Shown: one piece after another, positions 1 through 10,162 of the stretch | How positions within the stretch are numbered: the first letter of the stretch is position 1 | Layout of the letters: the number at the start of each line of letters is the position of its first letter | Assembly (NCBI GenBank): GCA_030605835.1 | Contig: JAUWHO010000035.1 | Span: 35,776 to 99,775, forward strand | Reading direction: 5' to 3' | DNA from: Candidatus Zixiibacteriota bacterium | GTDB lineage: Bacteria > Zixibacteria > MSB-5A5 > DG-27 | DNA length: 64,000 nucleotides | The notes under the pieces: model-generated | Told to the model about the DNA's origin: nothing | Seen by the model: only the letters and a program-made list of their open reading frames with translations | The model's database searches: none | Made by a program: the position numbers and the translations under genes

Positions 1-2
1 CC

Positions 3-2324
3 CTGGTCATTGAGCCAGGAGTGTTTGTTGATTTCCAGGGTCATTACAAGTTCATCGTGGACACGTTGGCTATGCTTCAGGCAATTGGGACAGAAACGGA
101 CTCGATTTACTTCACGACCGATGATACTGCCACGGGCTGGCACGGGATACGCTTCCTTTATGCTGACGACAATTCGCAGATAACTTATAGCTGCCTGGAA
201 TATGGTAAGGCAACTGGAGATGGGCATGATCGCAACGGCGGAGCCATTTACTGCTACTATTCGGGGGCGGCCGTAAGGAACAATACCATAAGCCATAATC
301 ACGCCTCCTCTTATGGAGCTGGAGTTTATTGCAGTTATTCGAGCATCTCCATAGACAACAACGTCATAACCGATAATAGGGCTTATTCGCATGGTGGCGG
401 CGTCCACGCTGGCAATTCGACTGTCACCATAAGCAGCAATGTTATCAGCGGAAACGTGGGTCGCTGTGGCGGCGGCGTTTACTGTTCCGGCTCGAACGCA
501 AGAATAAGCAATAACACCATCAGTGCAAACACCGCTACCAGTCTTTGGGGCGGGGACGGAGGTGGAATGTCTTGCTGGTCCTGTGACCTCACGGTGACGA
601 ATAACACTATCATTGAGAACCGCGCTGAAGATGGCAACGGGGGGATTGAGTGTCTCTATACTGATGGAACGATAAGCGGTAATACAATCGCTGACAATCG
701 CGCGGCCTCTATCGGTGGAATTGGCTGCTACCAATGTAACCTGACAATAAGCAGTAATACCATAAGAGGAAATCAAGCGACTGGAAGTCCTTATTTCGGC
801 GGGGGATACGCCGGAGGGATTTGCTGCAGTTCCGACGGCTCAACCATAACTGACAATACCATCGAGGAGAACTGGGCGGGGTGGTGTGGCGGCGGGATTT
901 ATTGCGACCATTCTGATCTCGAAATAGACAATAATACTGTCGTGGGGAATTGGGCGCTTTACTACGGCGGCGGCATCGACTGCTACATGTCTGACCCCAC
1001 CATAAGCAACAGCACCATCAAGAGTAATTATGCAGGTCTCTACGGTGGAGGCATTTCTTGTTACGGTTCCGATCCGATAATGACAGGTAATACTATCGAC
1101 GACAATTTCAGCGAGACCGGGGGCGGTGGGATTTTCTGCGAGTTTTCGCACCCGATAGTCAAATATAACATCCTCAGCAACAATAGCACCTGGGGATCTG
1201 GCGGCGGTGTCCTTTGTGTTCGCTACTCTGACCCATCCCTGGTCAATAACACGATTACCGCAAATTCAGCCTTTTACGGTGGTGGTTTTGCCTGTCGGCG
1301 TTATTCTAACCCTACCATAATAAACACGATTCTCTGGGCGGATACTGCTATTAGTGGCCCTGAGATCCATATGTCAGTGAGTCACGGGGGACCCTGCACC
1401 TTGTTCGTCAGCTACAGCGATGTTGACGGAGGGGAAGGCAACGTTTATGTCGAGCCGGGATGTTACCTGAGCTGGGGGGAGGGTAACATCGATGCTGACC
1501 CGCTCTTTGCTGGGCCATACAACGAAGACTTCTACCTGAGATGGCATTCCCGCTGCATCGATGCCGGAGACCCAGACCCTCAATACAACGACCCCGATGG
1601 CACCAGAAACGACATCGGTGCCTGCTACTTCAACCAAGATGTTGCTGGAATTGTAGAGGTTTATCCTCACGACACTCTGATTGTCATCCCACCTGAAGGC
1701 GGAGACATCATTTATGATGGCTGGGTCTTCAATTTCTTCGGTCAGCCCGGCAGGGCTGATATCTGGACGTACGCCTTTGTTCCGGAGATGGGACAGTATG
1801 GTCCTCTAAGCCTTTACGAGAATGTGAGAATTCCAGCCGACAGCCTCGGTAAAAACCAGATCACTCAGCATGTCCCGGGAGTTGCTCCGGAAGGGGACTA
1901 TGTCTTTGTCGCCTACGTTGGCAACTATCCCAGCACCATAATCGACTCCTCCTGTTTCTATTTTACTAAGACTGGTTCGGTTGCAGGTGGTATAGCCGCT
2001 TGGCAGAGTCTCAAGGGTTGGTTCGCTGGAGGTTTGGCGTCAAAGGAGAGTGGTCTGCCAACTCACTACGCCTTGCGCCAAAACTATCCTAATCCGTTCA
2101 ATGCCACCACTATCATCAACTACCAGTTGCCTGTTGCTGCTTACGTCAAGCTGGAGATTTACAATCTCTTCGGTCAGAAGCTGGCAACATTGGTGGACTT
2201 CAGGCAGCAAGGAGGAAACAGGTCAGTCATCTGGGATGCCTCGAAATTCTCGTCAGGCATCTATTTTTACCGCCTCACGGCAGGAGACTATACGTTTACT
2301 AGAAAGATGGTTCTCTCGAAATAA
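3..2324 (+). CDS. Secreted right-handed beta-helix repeat protein with C-terminal T9SS type A sorting domain (5' end outside window)
   Basis: Frame open from position 3 (LVIEPGVFVDF...); many GGGI(Y)C / NxTIxxN repeats; DxDPLF...SRCIDAGDP...DIGA motif; C-terminal QNYPNPFNATTIINYQLP...SSGIYFYRL...KMVLSK. Confidence 0.85.
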   Translation: MVIEPGVFVDFQGHYKFIVDTLAMLQAIGTETDSIYFTTDDTATGWHGIRFLYADDNSQITYSCLEYGKATGDGHDRNGGAIYCYYSGAAVRNNTISHNHASSYGAGVYCSYSSISIDNNVITDNRAYSHGGGVHAGNSTVTISSNVISGNVGRCGGGVYCSGSNARISNNTISANTATSLWGGDGGGMSCWSCDLTVTNNTIIENRAEDGNGGIECLYTDGTISGNTIADNRAASIGGIGCYQCNLTISSNTIRGNQATGSPYFGGGYAGGICCSSDGSTITDNTIEENWAGWCGGGIYCDHSDLEIDNNTVVGNWALYYGGGIDCYMSDPTISNSTIKSNYAGLYGGGISCYGSDPIMTGNTIDDNFSETGGGGIFCEFSHPIVKYNILSNNSTWGSGGGVLCVRYSDPSLVNNTITANSAFYGGGFACRRYSNPTIINTILWADTAISGPEIHMSVSHGGPCTLFVSYSDVDGGEGNVYVEPGCYLSWGEGNIDADPLFAGPYNEDFYLRWHSRCIDAGDPDPQYNDPDGTRNDIGACYFNQDVAGIVEVYPHDTLIVIPPEGGDIIYDGWVFNFFGQPGRADIWTYAFVPEMGQYGPLSLYENVRIPADSLGKNQITQHVPGVAPEGDYVFVAYVGNYPSTIIDSSCFYFTKTGSVAGGIAAWQSLKGWFAGGLASKESGLPTHYALRQNYPNPFNATTIINYQLPVAAYVKLEIYNLFGQKLATLVDFRQQGGNRSVIWDASKFSSGIYFYRLTAGDYTFTRKMVLSK

Positions 2325-2330
2325 CTACAA

Positions 2331-2358
2331 GCTGGTGCAGGAGTTGAACTCCTGCACC
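2331..2358. repeat. REP-like palindrome / possible terminator between convergent genes
   Basis: GGTGCAGGAG-ttgaa-CTCCTGCACC perfect 10-bp stem; resembles GGTGTCAGGAG..CTCCTGACACC at 38033. Confidence 0.6.
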
Positions 2359-2413
2359 TTCCATCATACTAGACTCCAATCATTCGCCCGGATAAATTTC
2401 AACCCTCAGGAGT

Positions 2414-3535
2414 TCATTTCTTCTTCTCTCCTGGACCCTTGCCTGCTGTAGTCATATAGCTAAACACTGCTTCCGGTCCGCCCCTCTTCTCGATATCGAG
2501 CATCTTTCTCAACCCCTTCCCGTAAACGTCCTCTCGCTTGAGCATAACTTTCTGTTTATACTCAAACTTGACGTGGTCCAGGAACTTGTAGCTCACCCAC
2601 TCTGCGAACCCCTCGAGGTCGATCGCCTCTAAATCGAAGCCGCAGTTCTCGGCCTGCCAGGCATGAGCAATCTCGTGCGGCAGAACCTGAAAGATTTCTC
2701 CCTGCCTCAGGCCATATAGTATTAGGACCTTGAAATCATCATTCCTGCGGACAAAAAGCCCGGACTGATCCTCACTGCCATGCTTGTTTTCCTCCTTGAG
2801 ACGGTCTTTGCCAACAAGGAGGTATTTCACCCGGTGCTTGACCTTCATTCCCAGGTCCTCTCCCATGAATTTCAAAACCGTCTCTTTGAAGGGGAGAACG
2901 TCCTCGAGCTTGTAATATCCCTTCGGGAGACAGTCTTTGCAGATGATACGCCCATCGTCCAGAAGAACCGAGTCCTGTCCCACCGGCGCACCACACACCT
3001 CACAATGATGATAAACCTGCACACAATGTAGACAGTATCTCTTGGATTGGTCGTTGTCGTAGATGAGATACTCGCCCAGTATGGGCTCTCCGCAGGTGTA
3101 ACACTTATCCCCCTTCTGGTAGCAATCACCACAGACCTTTTGACCGTAAACGTCGTGATATCCCTTCAGGGGGATACCACAGCTGACACATTTATGAGGC
3201 CGCCTCAGACAGTTTGAACAGACTTTGCGGTCGCCAGAGAAGATCTTGTATTCTCCCAGGATCAGCTCTCCACAGAGATCACAAACGACGGCTTTGTCGT
3301 AGCATTGGAGGCAGACTTTCTTGCCACCGACAGTCCTGAACTCCTTCATCGGAACACTGCAGAGAGCACACTTCGGCGAAGTCTGATAACATTCCTTGCA
3401 GACTGTTAAACCGCTCTCAAAGACGTAATAGTCACCGGTGATGCTCTCTCCGCAAAAGTGACATTTGACCTCGTCAGCATTTGCTGTAACACAGAGGAGA
3501 ACAACCAGAAGCAAAAAGAAGAAGAGAGATCTCAT
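2414..3535 (-). CDS. Secreted LIM-like zinc-finger protein with DA1-family metallopeptidase domain
   Basis: Signal peptide MRSLFFFLLLVVLLCVTANA (start moved to ATG 3535); 12 CxxC pairs; HEIAHAW...EGFAEW...DVYGKGLR resembles DA1 HEMMHAW...EEG...YGDGFR. Confidence 0.75.
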   Translation of the reverse strand: MRSLFFFLLLVVLLCVTANADEVKCHFCGESITGDYYVFESGLTVCKECYQTSPKCALCSVPMKEFRTVGGKKVCLQCYDKAVVCDLCGELILGEYKIFSGDRKVCSNCLRRPHKCVSCGIPLKGYHDVYGQKVCGDCYQKGDKCYTCGEPILGEYLIYDNDQSKRYCLHCVQVYHHCEVCGAPVGQDSVLLDDGRIICKDCLPKGYYKLEDVLPFKETVLKFMGEDLGMKVKHRVKYLLVGKDRLKEENKHGSEDQSGLFVRRNDDFKVLILYGLRQGEIFQVLPHEIAHAWQAENCGFDLEAIDLEGFAEWVSYKFLDHVKFEYKQKVMLKREDVYGKGLRKMLDIEKRGGPEAVFSYMTTAGKGPGEKKK

Positions 3536-3579
3536 AGCGAGAATCGAACGGGACTTATGAGCCTGTGAAGGTCGCAAGA

Positions 3580-4413
3580 CTATGACCCCTTGAGATAGCT
3601 TTCTAAATTGCTGAGTGAAAGAATGGTCTGAGCCCGGTTACGCATCTCTATGATGAAATAAGCCTCACTGTCCACCAAAAGACGGAAAATGGGAGAGAAG
3701 TCGATTTCGCCGGTGCCGATGGCCAGATGAGTCTTTCCCTCCCGGCGGTCATGAAGGTGGACAACCCTTATCTTATCCAGGTGTGACTCGAAGAAGCTGG
3801 AGGTCTCCTTCTGAGCTTCTGAGTCTCCACCACCTGCATGGGCCACATCCCAGGTGAGATAAAGCTCGTTCTCGGACAGCACCGTCTCGATGACCTCCTT
3901 AACAGCCTCATCCAGATGGTAAGTGTTCTCGATGCACAAGCTTATCCTCGCCTCAGCGTGGGAGGATAGGTTGCGCAACGAGCTCTTTAAAGCCTCGAAG
4001 TAGGTCTGGGGATAATGCTTCTTCAGAAAGTAGACTTTGTTCTCGCCAGCGTGAAAGAAGGCCACCCTGCCGGGATGAATCGTAAAGGTCTTTCCCCCCA
4101 GATCGTGTGCGAAATCGATCATCTCCCGCAGGCGGAGGATGCTGGCTTCCCGGATCACCCGATGGCGCGGCATCAGGCTCACGTCCACCGGACCGTGAAA
4201 AGAGAGGCTCACCCCTTTGCTTTCAGAATAAGCCTTGATGGAGGCCCGCTCTTGAGGAGTAAAATTCTCCGGGAAGAAGCGGGAGCGGTTTAGATTAATC
4301 TCCGCAATCCTGAAGCCGTGCTGAACCGCGAAGTCGACGCTGTCCTCAATGGTGTCGCCTTGGTAGGGATCGGCGAAGCCGAGGCGCGGCCGTATCTTTT
4401 CATACAGGCTCAC
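3580..4413 (-). CDS. Sugar phosphate isomerase/epimerase (xylose-isomerase-like TIM barrel)
   Basis: SFHGP, TIHPG, CIENT, WDVAH, VHLHD, HLAIGTGEIDF, IIE motifs. Confidence 0.85.
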   Translation of the reverse strand: MSLYEKIRPRLGFADPYQGDTIEDSVDFAVQHGFRIAEINLNRSRFFPENFTPQERASIKAYSESKGVSLSFHGPVDVSLMPRHRVIREASILRLREMIDFAHDLGGKTFTIHPGRVAFFHAGENKVYFLKKHYPQTYFEALKSSLRNLSSHAEARISLCIENTYHLDEAVKEVIETVLSENELYLTWDVAHAGGGDSEAQKETSSFFESHLDKIRVVHLHDRREGKTHLAIGTGEIDFSPIFRLLVDSEAYFIIEMRNRAQTILSLSNLESYLKGS

Positions 4414-4419
4414 CAGGAA

Positions 4420-4935
4420 TCAGACTTTTACTCCCTCTAAATCCAGTAGCATTCTCTTATACTTCAAGCCGCCGGAATAGCCACCGAGCTTCCCATCGGA
4501 GGCTAAAACCCGATGACAGGGGATGATTATGGGAAGTGGGTTTTTTGCCATCACCTGACCTACGGCCCTGGCTCCCCCGGGACAACCGCAACTTCTCGCC
4601 AACTCCCCGTACGTGACCGTCTTCCCGTACGGTATCTTAGAGGTTTTCAGAAGCACCCGGCGGCTGAAAGGGGCTTTCTCTCGAAGATCCAATTTGACGT
4701 TGAACTTCTTTCTTCGACCCTGGAGGTATTCCTTCAACTGCCGGGATACCGTGTTGAGCTTGGGTCTATCCCTTGTGATTTCGGCACCGGGTTGGATCTT
4801 GTCCAACAGCCTCCGAGGATGCTTGCCTCTGACCGGGAATTGAATCCTGAAGAGCCCAGCTTCAGTGCTGGCGATCAATACCTCACCAAAGGTCCTTGTC
4901 CTCAGAATGTCGTAATAGACCTTTCCCCTCCTCAT
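4420..4935 (-). CDS. ogt: Methylated-DNA--protein-cysteine methyltransferase
   Basis: IPYGKTVTYGELA, ARAVG, NPLPIIIPCHRV active site, GGYSGG. Confidence 0.93.
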   Translation of the reverse strand: MRRGKVYYDILRTRTFGEVLIASTEAGLFRIQFPVRGKHPRRLLDKIQPGAEITRDRPKLNTVSRQLKEYLQGRRKKFNVKLDLREKAPFSRRVLLKTSKIPYGKTVTYGELARSCGCPGGARAVGQVMAKNPLPIIIPCHRVLASDGKLGGYSGGLKYKRMLLDLEGVKV

Positions 4936-4956
4936 TGCACACACCTTTCGCTTATC

Positions 4957-5766
4957 TCACTGTGGATATCTGTCTTTTCTCTCGAAGTCGAACTCCCAAT
5001 CTGCAGGAGTCATTTCCGGAACCTCACCTCTCCAGTTTTTCAGCATTCTTAGGTTCAGAGTCGCCGTTAGGATCTGTTTCTTGTCCTCGCGGGCAAAATC
5101 CACCCTCCTTATGACTCCCCAGGGAGCGGCGATTAGGCTTCGACCTTGAAGCCTTCGGTTCATGAGGTTTCCTGCGGCACATGTCTTCACAACATAGGCG
5201 CATGACTCGTGAGCGCCAGTGACGAAGATCTTCAGGTCGCGTTCCTTTTTGGCCTCCACCGTGTCGTCCTCTCTGAAGGGCGATGTGGTAGGGCAGAAAA
5301 TGATCTGTGGCTTAAAAGCTCGCATTTCCTTGAATATGCCGGGGATCAAGACGTCGGCGCAGATGAGCACACCCACTCTGACGCCGTCCAGCTCGAGAAC
5401 CTGGAGGTCTTTCCCGGGAGAGATGCCGAACGTGGCCTCCCGGCCGAAGGGATTCCTCTTGCGGTAGAAACCGACCTCTGCGCCTTTCGAATAGATGAAA
5501 CAGGTGTTGTGAAGCTTATCTTGAACCTTTTCCACCATACTCCCCCCGATGACGACGCAATCCAAGCGTCGAGACAGATCCGCCAGCCACTCTTTGTTTT
5601 GCGCAGTCTGTTCTGCGGTCTCAATCGGAGTGTTGACGTTCTCTCCAACGAAGAAATACTCAGGCAGACACATAAAATCGGGATTTTCCTTCTGTATTAT
5701 CTCGAGATCATCTTCCGGAATCCCCTCTCCCGGCGCTTGCTGATATGAGATTACTTTTCTTTGCAT
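4957..5766 (-). CDS. Carbon-nitrogen hydrolase (nitrilase superfamily)
   Basis: Catalytic triad motifs LPEYF (E), YRK (K), LICAD (C); GRSLIAAPWG. Confidence 0.88.
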   Translation of the reverse strand: MQRKVISYQQAPGEGIPEDDLEIIQKENPDFMCLPEYFFVGENVNTPIETAEQTAQNKEWLADLSRRLDCVVIGGSMVEKVQDKLHNTCFIYSKGAEVGFYRKRNPFGREATFGISPGKDLQVLELDGVRVGVLICADVLIPGIFKEMRAFKPQIIFCPTTSPFREDDTVEAKKERDLKIFVTGAHESCAYVVKTCAAGNLMNRRLQGRSLIAAPWGVIRRVDFAREDKKQILTATLNLRMLKNWRGEVPEMTPADWEFDFERKDRYPQ

Positions 5767-5923
5767 GACTCTCGGAGTTGTTGCAAATACGACCTCCGCG
5801 ACAAGTCAATATAGCCTAATCCTGTGGGGAAGTCGAGCTGATCGTCAGCGCTGTCGAGTGATGGACGTAGTCATTTGATAGCGGAATCGGCGAGAGGCGA
5901 TTCATCGCGGTCGTGATTCAGTA

Positions 5924-6595
5924 TCACTCTTCGATCTCAACCAACGTACCTATCTTCACCAGATCGAATAGCTCAATGACATCGTCGTTTTTCATTCTTA
6001 TGCAACCGTGTGATGCCGGCTTTCCGATCAGTCCCTCTTCTGGTGTTCCGTGGAGATAGGTACAACGATGGCGTGAATCAATCCCTTCGCCCTTATTGAC
6101 CCCGGGCTCTAATCCCTCCAGACACATTATGCGAGTGATCACAAAGTCCTGCTCCACGTCGGTGCTGTCGTGAGAGATTTTTGCGATTCTGCCGGTGCTT
6201 ATGCGGGCTTTGAATATGGTGCCAATTTTGACACCTTCGCCCACTTTCTCATAGATCCGGTGTGTCCCTGAAGGGGTCTTGTTACTCCCTTCCTTGTTGC
6301 CTATTCCATACTTGGAAGTAGAAACAGGGTAGGTTCTGATAGCTTCCTCCTCTTTAACCACATAGAGTTTTTGCTGGGTGACCTCGACGATGAGCACCAA
6401 TTCATCGGGTTTAAGCCGATATTGCGTTACGAGTTTTCTCAGGGGGCTTCTCCATTCTGAAAGCTCTTCCTGAGGAGCTGCATTTTTCATGGTATCTTTA
6501 GCCTCCCCGCTATGGTCAGACGTTGAGCAATCGTTAATGAGTAAGACCCAGAATAGGAAAGGGAATATCTTGAGCGACCGCAAACTGGAGATCAT
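5924..6595 (-). CDS. L,D-transpeptidase (YkuD family), exported
   Basis: YPVSTSKYG, TPSG, LHGT...ASHGCIRM catalytic motif; hydrophobic N-terminus. Confidence 0.9.
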   Translation of the reverse strand: MISSLRSLKIFPFLFWVLLINDCSTSDHSGEAKDTMKNAAPQEELSEWRSPLRKLVTQYRLKPDELVLIVEVTQQKLYVVKEEEAIRTYPVSTSKYGIGNKEGSNKTPSGTHRIYEKVGEGVKIGTIFKARISTGRIAKISHDSTDVEQDFVITRIMCLEGLEPGVNKGEGIDSRHRCTYLHGTPEEGLIGKPASHGCIRMKNDDVIELFDLVKIGTLVEIEE

Positions 6596-6764
6596 AACAC
6601 TCGTGTGGACGTGTCCCCCTCTCTAGAGTATAGAATGTTCTGATCTAACAGAGCCAAGTAACGGAAAGCTTTGGCTTGCCATGACTCTATTGCTGACTGC
6701 AGGGTTTTGGAAAGCTGAAGACCATCCGGCTCGTATGAGTTTCCGCTACAACGCCACAGAAGTC

Positions 6765-7601
6765 TCACACGATTTTCTTGACCTCGATTTTGTCCTCGGT
6801 TTTCCCTAACTTGCAGATTTTCACTTCGAGATCGTGATCGAAAGCCAAAAGCCAGCCATCGTTAACGCAACGTTGGATAATCTCCTTTTTGCGCTCCATG
6901 GTCTCAAGAGGATTAAGGTCGACGCCGGCGATATAGGGTGCCTTAAGATGAGCGCTCATGGGAATGATATCAGCGGGACAGATGAGAATTTGGCCTCTGG
7001 ACTCCACTATAATCGCCTGATGCCCGGGAGTGTGCCCCCCGGTTTTCCAGACTCTTATCCCCTTAGTGATTTCGACATCACCGTCGATGGTCTCCAACGT
7101 TCCGGTTTCTTGAAGCACTATCAAGTTGTCAGTGAGATAGGTGGCGGCAGTTCTCTCATTGGGGTGCGTGGCATCCTCCCACTCCTGCTTCTGAACGTAG
7201 TGTTTTGCCCTCGGGAACCTGAGAACCTTCTCGCCATCGGCATCCAGCTTGATGGCGCCGGTGCAATGGTCTGCGTGAAGATGGGTGAAGACAACATCGC
7301 CGATGTCATCGGGCTTCAAGCCGTGCTTGGCTAGCTCGCTCTCCAGATTGGAGGAGCCCCTCTGGCCGTAGATTTTTCTCATCTTATCGTTCAGAGAGTC
7401 CCCCAAACCGGCATCAATCAGGACATTTGCGTCGCCGGTCTTGACTAAGAGAAGATTGAGGTGCATCGTGATGAGGTTGTTCTCGTCAGCGGGGACAAGC
7501 CTCGACCACAGAATCTTGGGCACCACCCCGAACATAGTCCCGCCATCGAGGTGGAAGACGTTTTCGAGTAAAGGGTAAACTTCGAAATCGCCCAATTTCA
7601 T
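6765..7601 (-). CDS. MBL-fold metallo-hydrolase (YtnP-like)
   Basis: LDGGTMFGVVPKILW, THLHADHCTG, GHTPGH, FDHD. Confidence 0.9.
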   Translation of the reverse strand: MKLGDFEVYPLLENVFHLDGGTMFGVVPKILWSRLVPADENNLITMHLNLLLVKTGDANVLIDAGLGDSLNDKMRKIYGQRGSSNLESELAKHGLKPDDIGDVVFTHLHADHCTGAIKLDADGEKVLRFPRAKHYVQKQEWEDATHPNERTAATYLTDNLIVLQETGTLETIDGDVEITKGIRVWKTGGHTPGHQAIIVESRGQILICPADIIPMSAHLKAPYIAGVDLNPLETMERKKEIIQRCVNDGWLLAFDHDLEVKICKLGKTEDKIEVKKIV

Positions 7602-7637
7602 CTTGTCAGCTCTTCTACCGTTGGATATAGTGTCCGC

Positions 7638-8786
7638 TCACCTCAAAAGGCTGGAGGCGATAACCAGCCTCTGGATCTCGGAGGTGCCTTCGTAGATCTC
7701 AGTAACCCTCTGATCCCGGTAGAGCTTCCCGATTATGGAGAATTCCTCGATGAAACCGTAACCACCGTGAATCTGTAAGGCTTCGTCGACGCAGAAGTGG
7801 GCAGCCTCGGAGGCAAACAACTTGGCGTGGCAGGCCTCCAACGAGAAACGTTTGCCTTCGTCCTGGAGCACGGCGGCCTTGTATGTCAGAAGCCGGGCGG
7901 CCTCCACCTGGGTGGACATGTCCGCAATCTTCCACTGGATTGCCTGCAATTTGGCGATCGGCGAACCGAACTGCACCCTCTTTTTGGCGTAGCTTATGGA
8001 TTCGTCCAGGGCTCTCTGACAAATTCCAACCCCTTGAGCGGCAACTCCGATCCGGGCTCCGTCCAGGGTCTGCATGGCGTAGCGGAAGCCCTTGCCGGGC
8101 TCACCCAAAAGGTTCTGCTTGGGGACTTTCACATCCTTAAACCAGATTCTGCCGGTGGTGGCAGCCTTCATTCCCATCTTGTATTCCAGGGTTTTCTGCT
8201 CGATTCCGGGAGAATCCATATCCACAATGATTGCGGAAACTTTATCTCTGACGCCCTCCTCCTGGATTCGGCAGAAGACCACCCCGGTGTCGCAGACATC
8301 GCCGTGCATGATGAATATTTTCTCACCGTTGAGGATATAGTGGTCACCCTCTGGCACCGCTGAGGCTTTCTGGTTGGCGGCATCGGAGCCGGCTTCCGGT
8401 TCCGTCAAAACGAAAGATAGAACCGTCTCTCCCTTTGCCGCCGGGGGAAGATACTTCTTCTTTTGCTCCTCATTCCCGAAGGCGATAATAGGATAGGCGG
8501 CCAGCTCTTGCACCGCTGCCAGAAGGCAGGTCGGCGGATCGTAGTATGCTAACTCCTCCATGAGGGTGGCATACTCCAAGTTGCTGTACCCACCCCCACC
8601 ATATTCTTTTGGAAAGGCGTACCCGATGAATCCAGCATCTCCCAGCTTCTTGAAGAAATCCTTGGGGAAAACCTGAGGTTCCGGTCGTCGGTCTAAGTCC
8701 TTCGCTACCGGAACAACCTCTTTTTCGCAGAATTCTTTCGCCTTCTCGCGGGCTGCTTCTTGTTTGGGGTCGATATTGTATGGCAT
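7638..8786 (-). CDS. Acyl-CoA dehydrogenase (short/branched-chain type)
   Basis: LTEPEAGSD, LNGEKIFI, KMG, RVQFGSPI, QIHGGYG, IYEGTSEIQR. Confidence 0.93.
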   Translation of the reverse strand: MPYNIDPKQEAAREKAKEFCEKEVVPVAKDLDRRPEPQVFPKDFFKKLGDAGFIGYAFPKEYGGGGYSNLEYATLMEELAYYDPPTCLLAAVQELAAYPIIAFGNEEQKKKYLPPAAKGETVLSFVLTEPEAGSDAANQKASAVPEGDHYILNGEKIFIMHGDVCDTGVVFCRIQEEGVRDKVSAIIVDMDSPGIEQKTLEYKMGMKAATTGRIWFKDVKVPKQNLLGEPGKGFRYAMQTLDGARIGVAAQGVGICQRALDESISYAKKRVQFGSPIAKLQAIQWKIADMSTQVEAARLLTYKAAVLQDEGKRFSLEACHAKLFASEAAHFCVDEALQIHGGYGFIEEFSIIGKLYRDQRVTEIYEGTSEIQRLVIASSLLR

Positions 8787-8984
8787 TTCTCCTCCGTATA
8801 GATCTTAATTTGAAACTGCTTTCAATCAAAGACGCCCTGCCGTAGCTCTCCGGCATCTAAGCGAGAAAGCTAAAGATAGTCTCCGGCTTGGACTTCCACA
8901 AAATATTGAGGGGAGCTAAGAATGGCAAGAGTATTCGTGGGGCTCGGCGGGGATATCCGACCGCGCCAAAACAAGAGAGGTCGC

Positions 8985-9404
8985 TCAGAAGACCTTCTCT
9001 TCCTTGCGGCGACCTGGTATGGTCTTTTTGAGATAGTCGATAATCTCCCTGGTGGAGGCGCCAGGGGTGTACAGTTTACCGACCCCCATAGCTTCAAGCT
9101 CTTCTATATCCTTCTCTGGGATAATGCCGCCTCCGAAAACGAGAATGCGGCCGGCTCCCTTTCGCTTCAAGAGGTCCAGAACTGCCGGGAAAAGGGTCAT
9201 GTGCGCCCCGGAGAGGATGCTCAACCCGATGGCGTCGACATCCTCCTGGATGGAGGCTGCCACTATCATCTCTGGGGTCTGCCTCAGACCGGTGTAGATG
9301 ACCTCCATGCCGGCATCCCGCAGGGCGGAGGCGACCACCTTTATGCCACGGTCGTGCCCATCCAACCCCGGTTTGGCTAAAAGTATGCGGAATTTCTTCT
9401 GCAT
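8985..9404 (-). CDS. icmB: Acyl-CoA mutase small, cobalamin-binding subunit (IcmB-like)
   Basis: [11 protein letters not shown] (DxHxxG), SILSGAH, GGGIIP. Confidence 0.85.
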   Translation of the reverse strand: MQKKFRILLAKPGLDGHDRGIKVVASALRDAGMEVIYTGLRQTPEMIVAASIQEDVDAIGLSILSGAHMTLFPAVLDLLKRKGAGRILVFGGGIIPEKDIEELEAMGVGKLYTPGASTREIIDYLKKTIPGRRKEEKVF

Positions 9405-9585
9405 CCATTTCTCCGTCGAAATCTATCTTCTGGGTGAATTTACAGCTAAACGCTTACATCAACGTATCTGACAGTGGGCCTCCGAATCTGTGACTGTTGC
9501 TGTGTCACCTCTCATTTCACAATATCCGAAGTATCTCCTTCGCTGACCGCAACAACAACGGGAAGCAACGATCACAACTTACCAA

Positions 9586-9999
9586 TCACTGCGGGCCTAC
9601 CGATATATGACCTCCACTTTTCACCACAATACCCATATTGCCGTTAACGGTGGCGTCAGCGATGCCATCGAAAAGCGGGTTTTCTGGGTCATCAGGGTCG
9701 TTCTCCTGGGAACGATAGCTGACCGAGACGACATCGCCTCCCTTGAAGAGGTAAGTCTGAGCTGGATCCAGCAGACTCTTGAAGGTATAGTCAGATCCGG
9801 GGAAGAGGGTGCTGTTCAAGACTTGCGGGGCGCTGTCGCTACCTCTCTGGTGGGTGTAGCTGGAGATTAGGATCACGACCCCGGAGCTGTTCCGCATCAT
9901 CACTTTACCGTTTCTTTTTTCCTCAGTAGAGGTGGGATTCTGACAATAGCAGATCGCCAGAGCCAACACCATTAGAAATGTAAGAACATTTCTTTTCAT
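9586..9999 (-). CDS. Hypothetical lipoprotein
   Basis: Basic N-terminus, hydrophobic stretch and Cys (LALAICYC); 137-aa ORF. Confidence 0.65.
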   Translation of the reverse strand: MKRNVLTFLMVLALAICYCQNPTSTEEKRNGKVMMRNSSGVVILISSYTHQRGSDSAPQVLNSTLFPGSDYTFKSLLDPAQTYLFKGGDVVSVSYRSQENDPDDPENPLFDGIADATVNGNMGIVVKSGGHISVGPQ

Positions 10000-10005
10000 A
10001 TGAGG

Positions 10006-10162
10006 TCTCCAGGTTGAGACAACCTGGGCTACGTCTCTTCTTTTTGATCTATCGGGGCGGATAAATTCCGCCCCCTACGGCTCTTTCTATTTTCCCCTGC
10101 CTACTATCTACTACCTCCTGTCTGCTATAAACTCTCCAGGTTGAGACAACCTGGGCTACGTC
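10006..10162. repeat. REP-like cluster: two identical 30-bp direct repeats flanking a second REP family and a heptamer run
   Basis: TCTCCAGGTTGAGACAACCTGGGCTACGTC at 10006-10035 and 10133-10162 (GTAG + palindrome on minus strand); GGGGCGGATAAATTCCGCCCC-CTAC at 10054-10078. Confidence 0.85.

Noticed and set aside
2996-3470. Multiheme cytochrome reading of the CxxC array
   Set aside because: None of the 12 CxxC motifs is followed by His.
6630-6680. GTTAGAT plus small hairpin upstream of the L,D-transpeptidase as a second attC
   Set aside because: No matching R'' box or long imperfect inverted repeat; too weak to call.
9405-9585. Possible cobalamin riboswitch before the B12-binding subunit
   Set aside because: Only a GCCCACTGT-like word; no GGGAA core or B12-box arrangement.
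10006-10162. Two identical 30-bp repeats as a possible mini-CRISPR array
   Set aside because: Only two copies, a 97-nt gap that itself holds another palindrome, GTAG-REP structure, and no cas genes.
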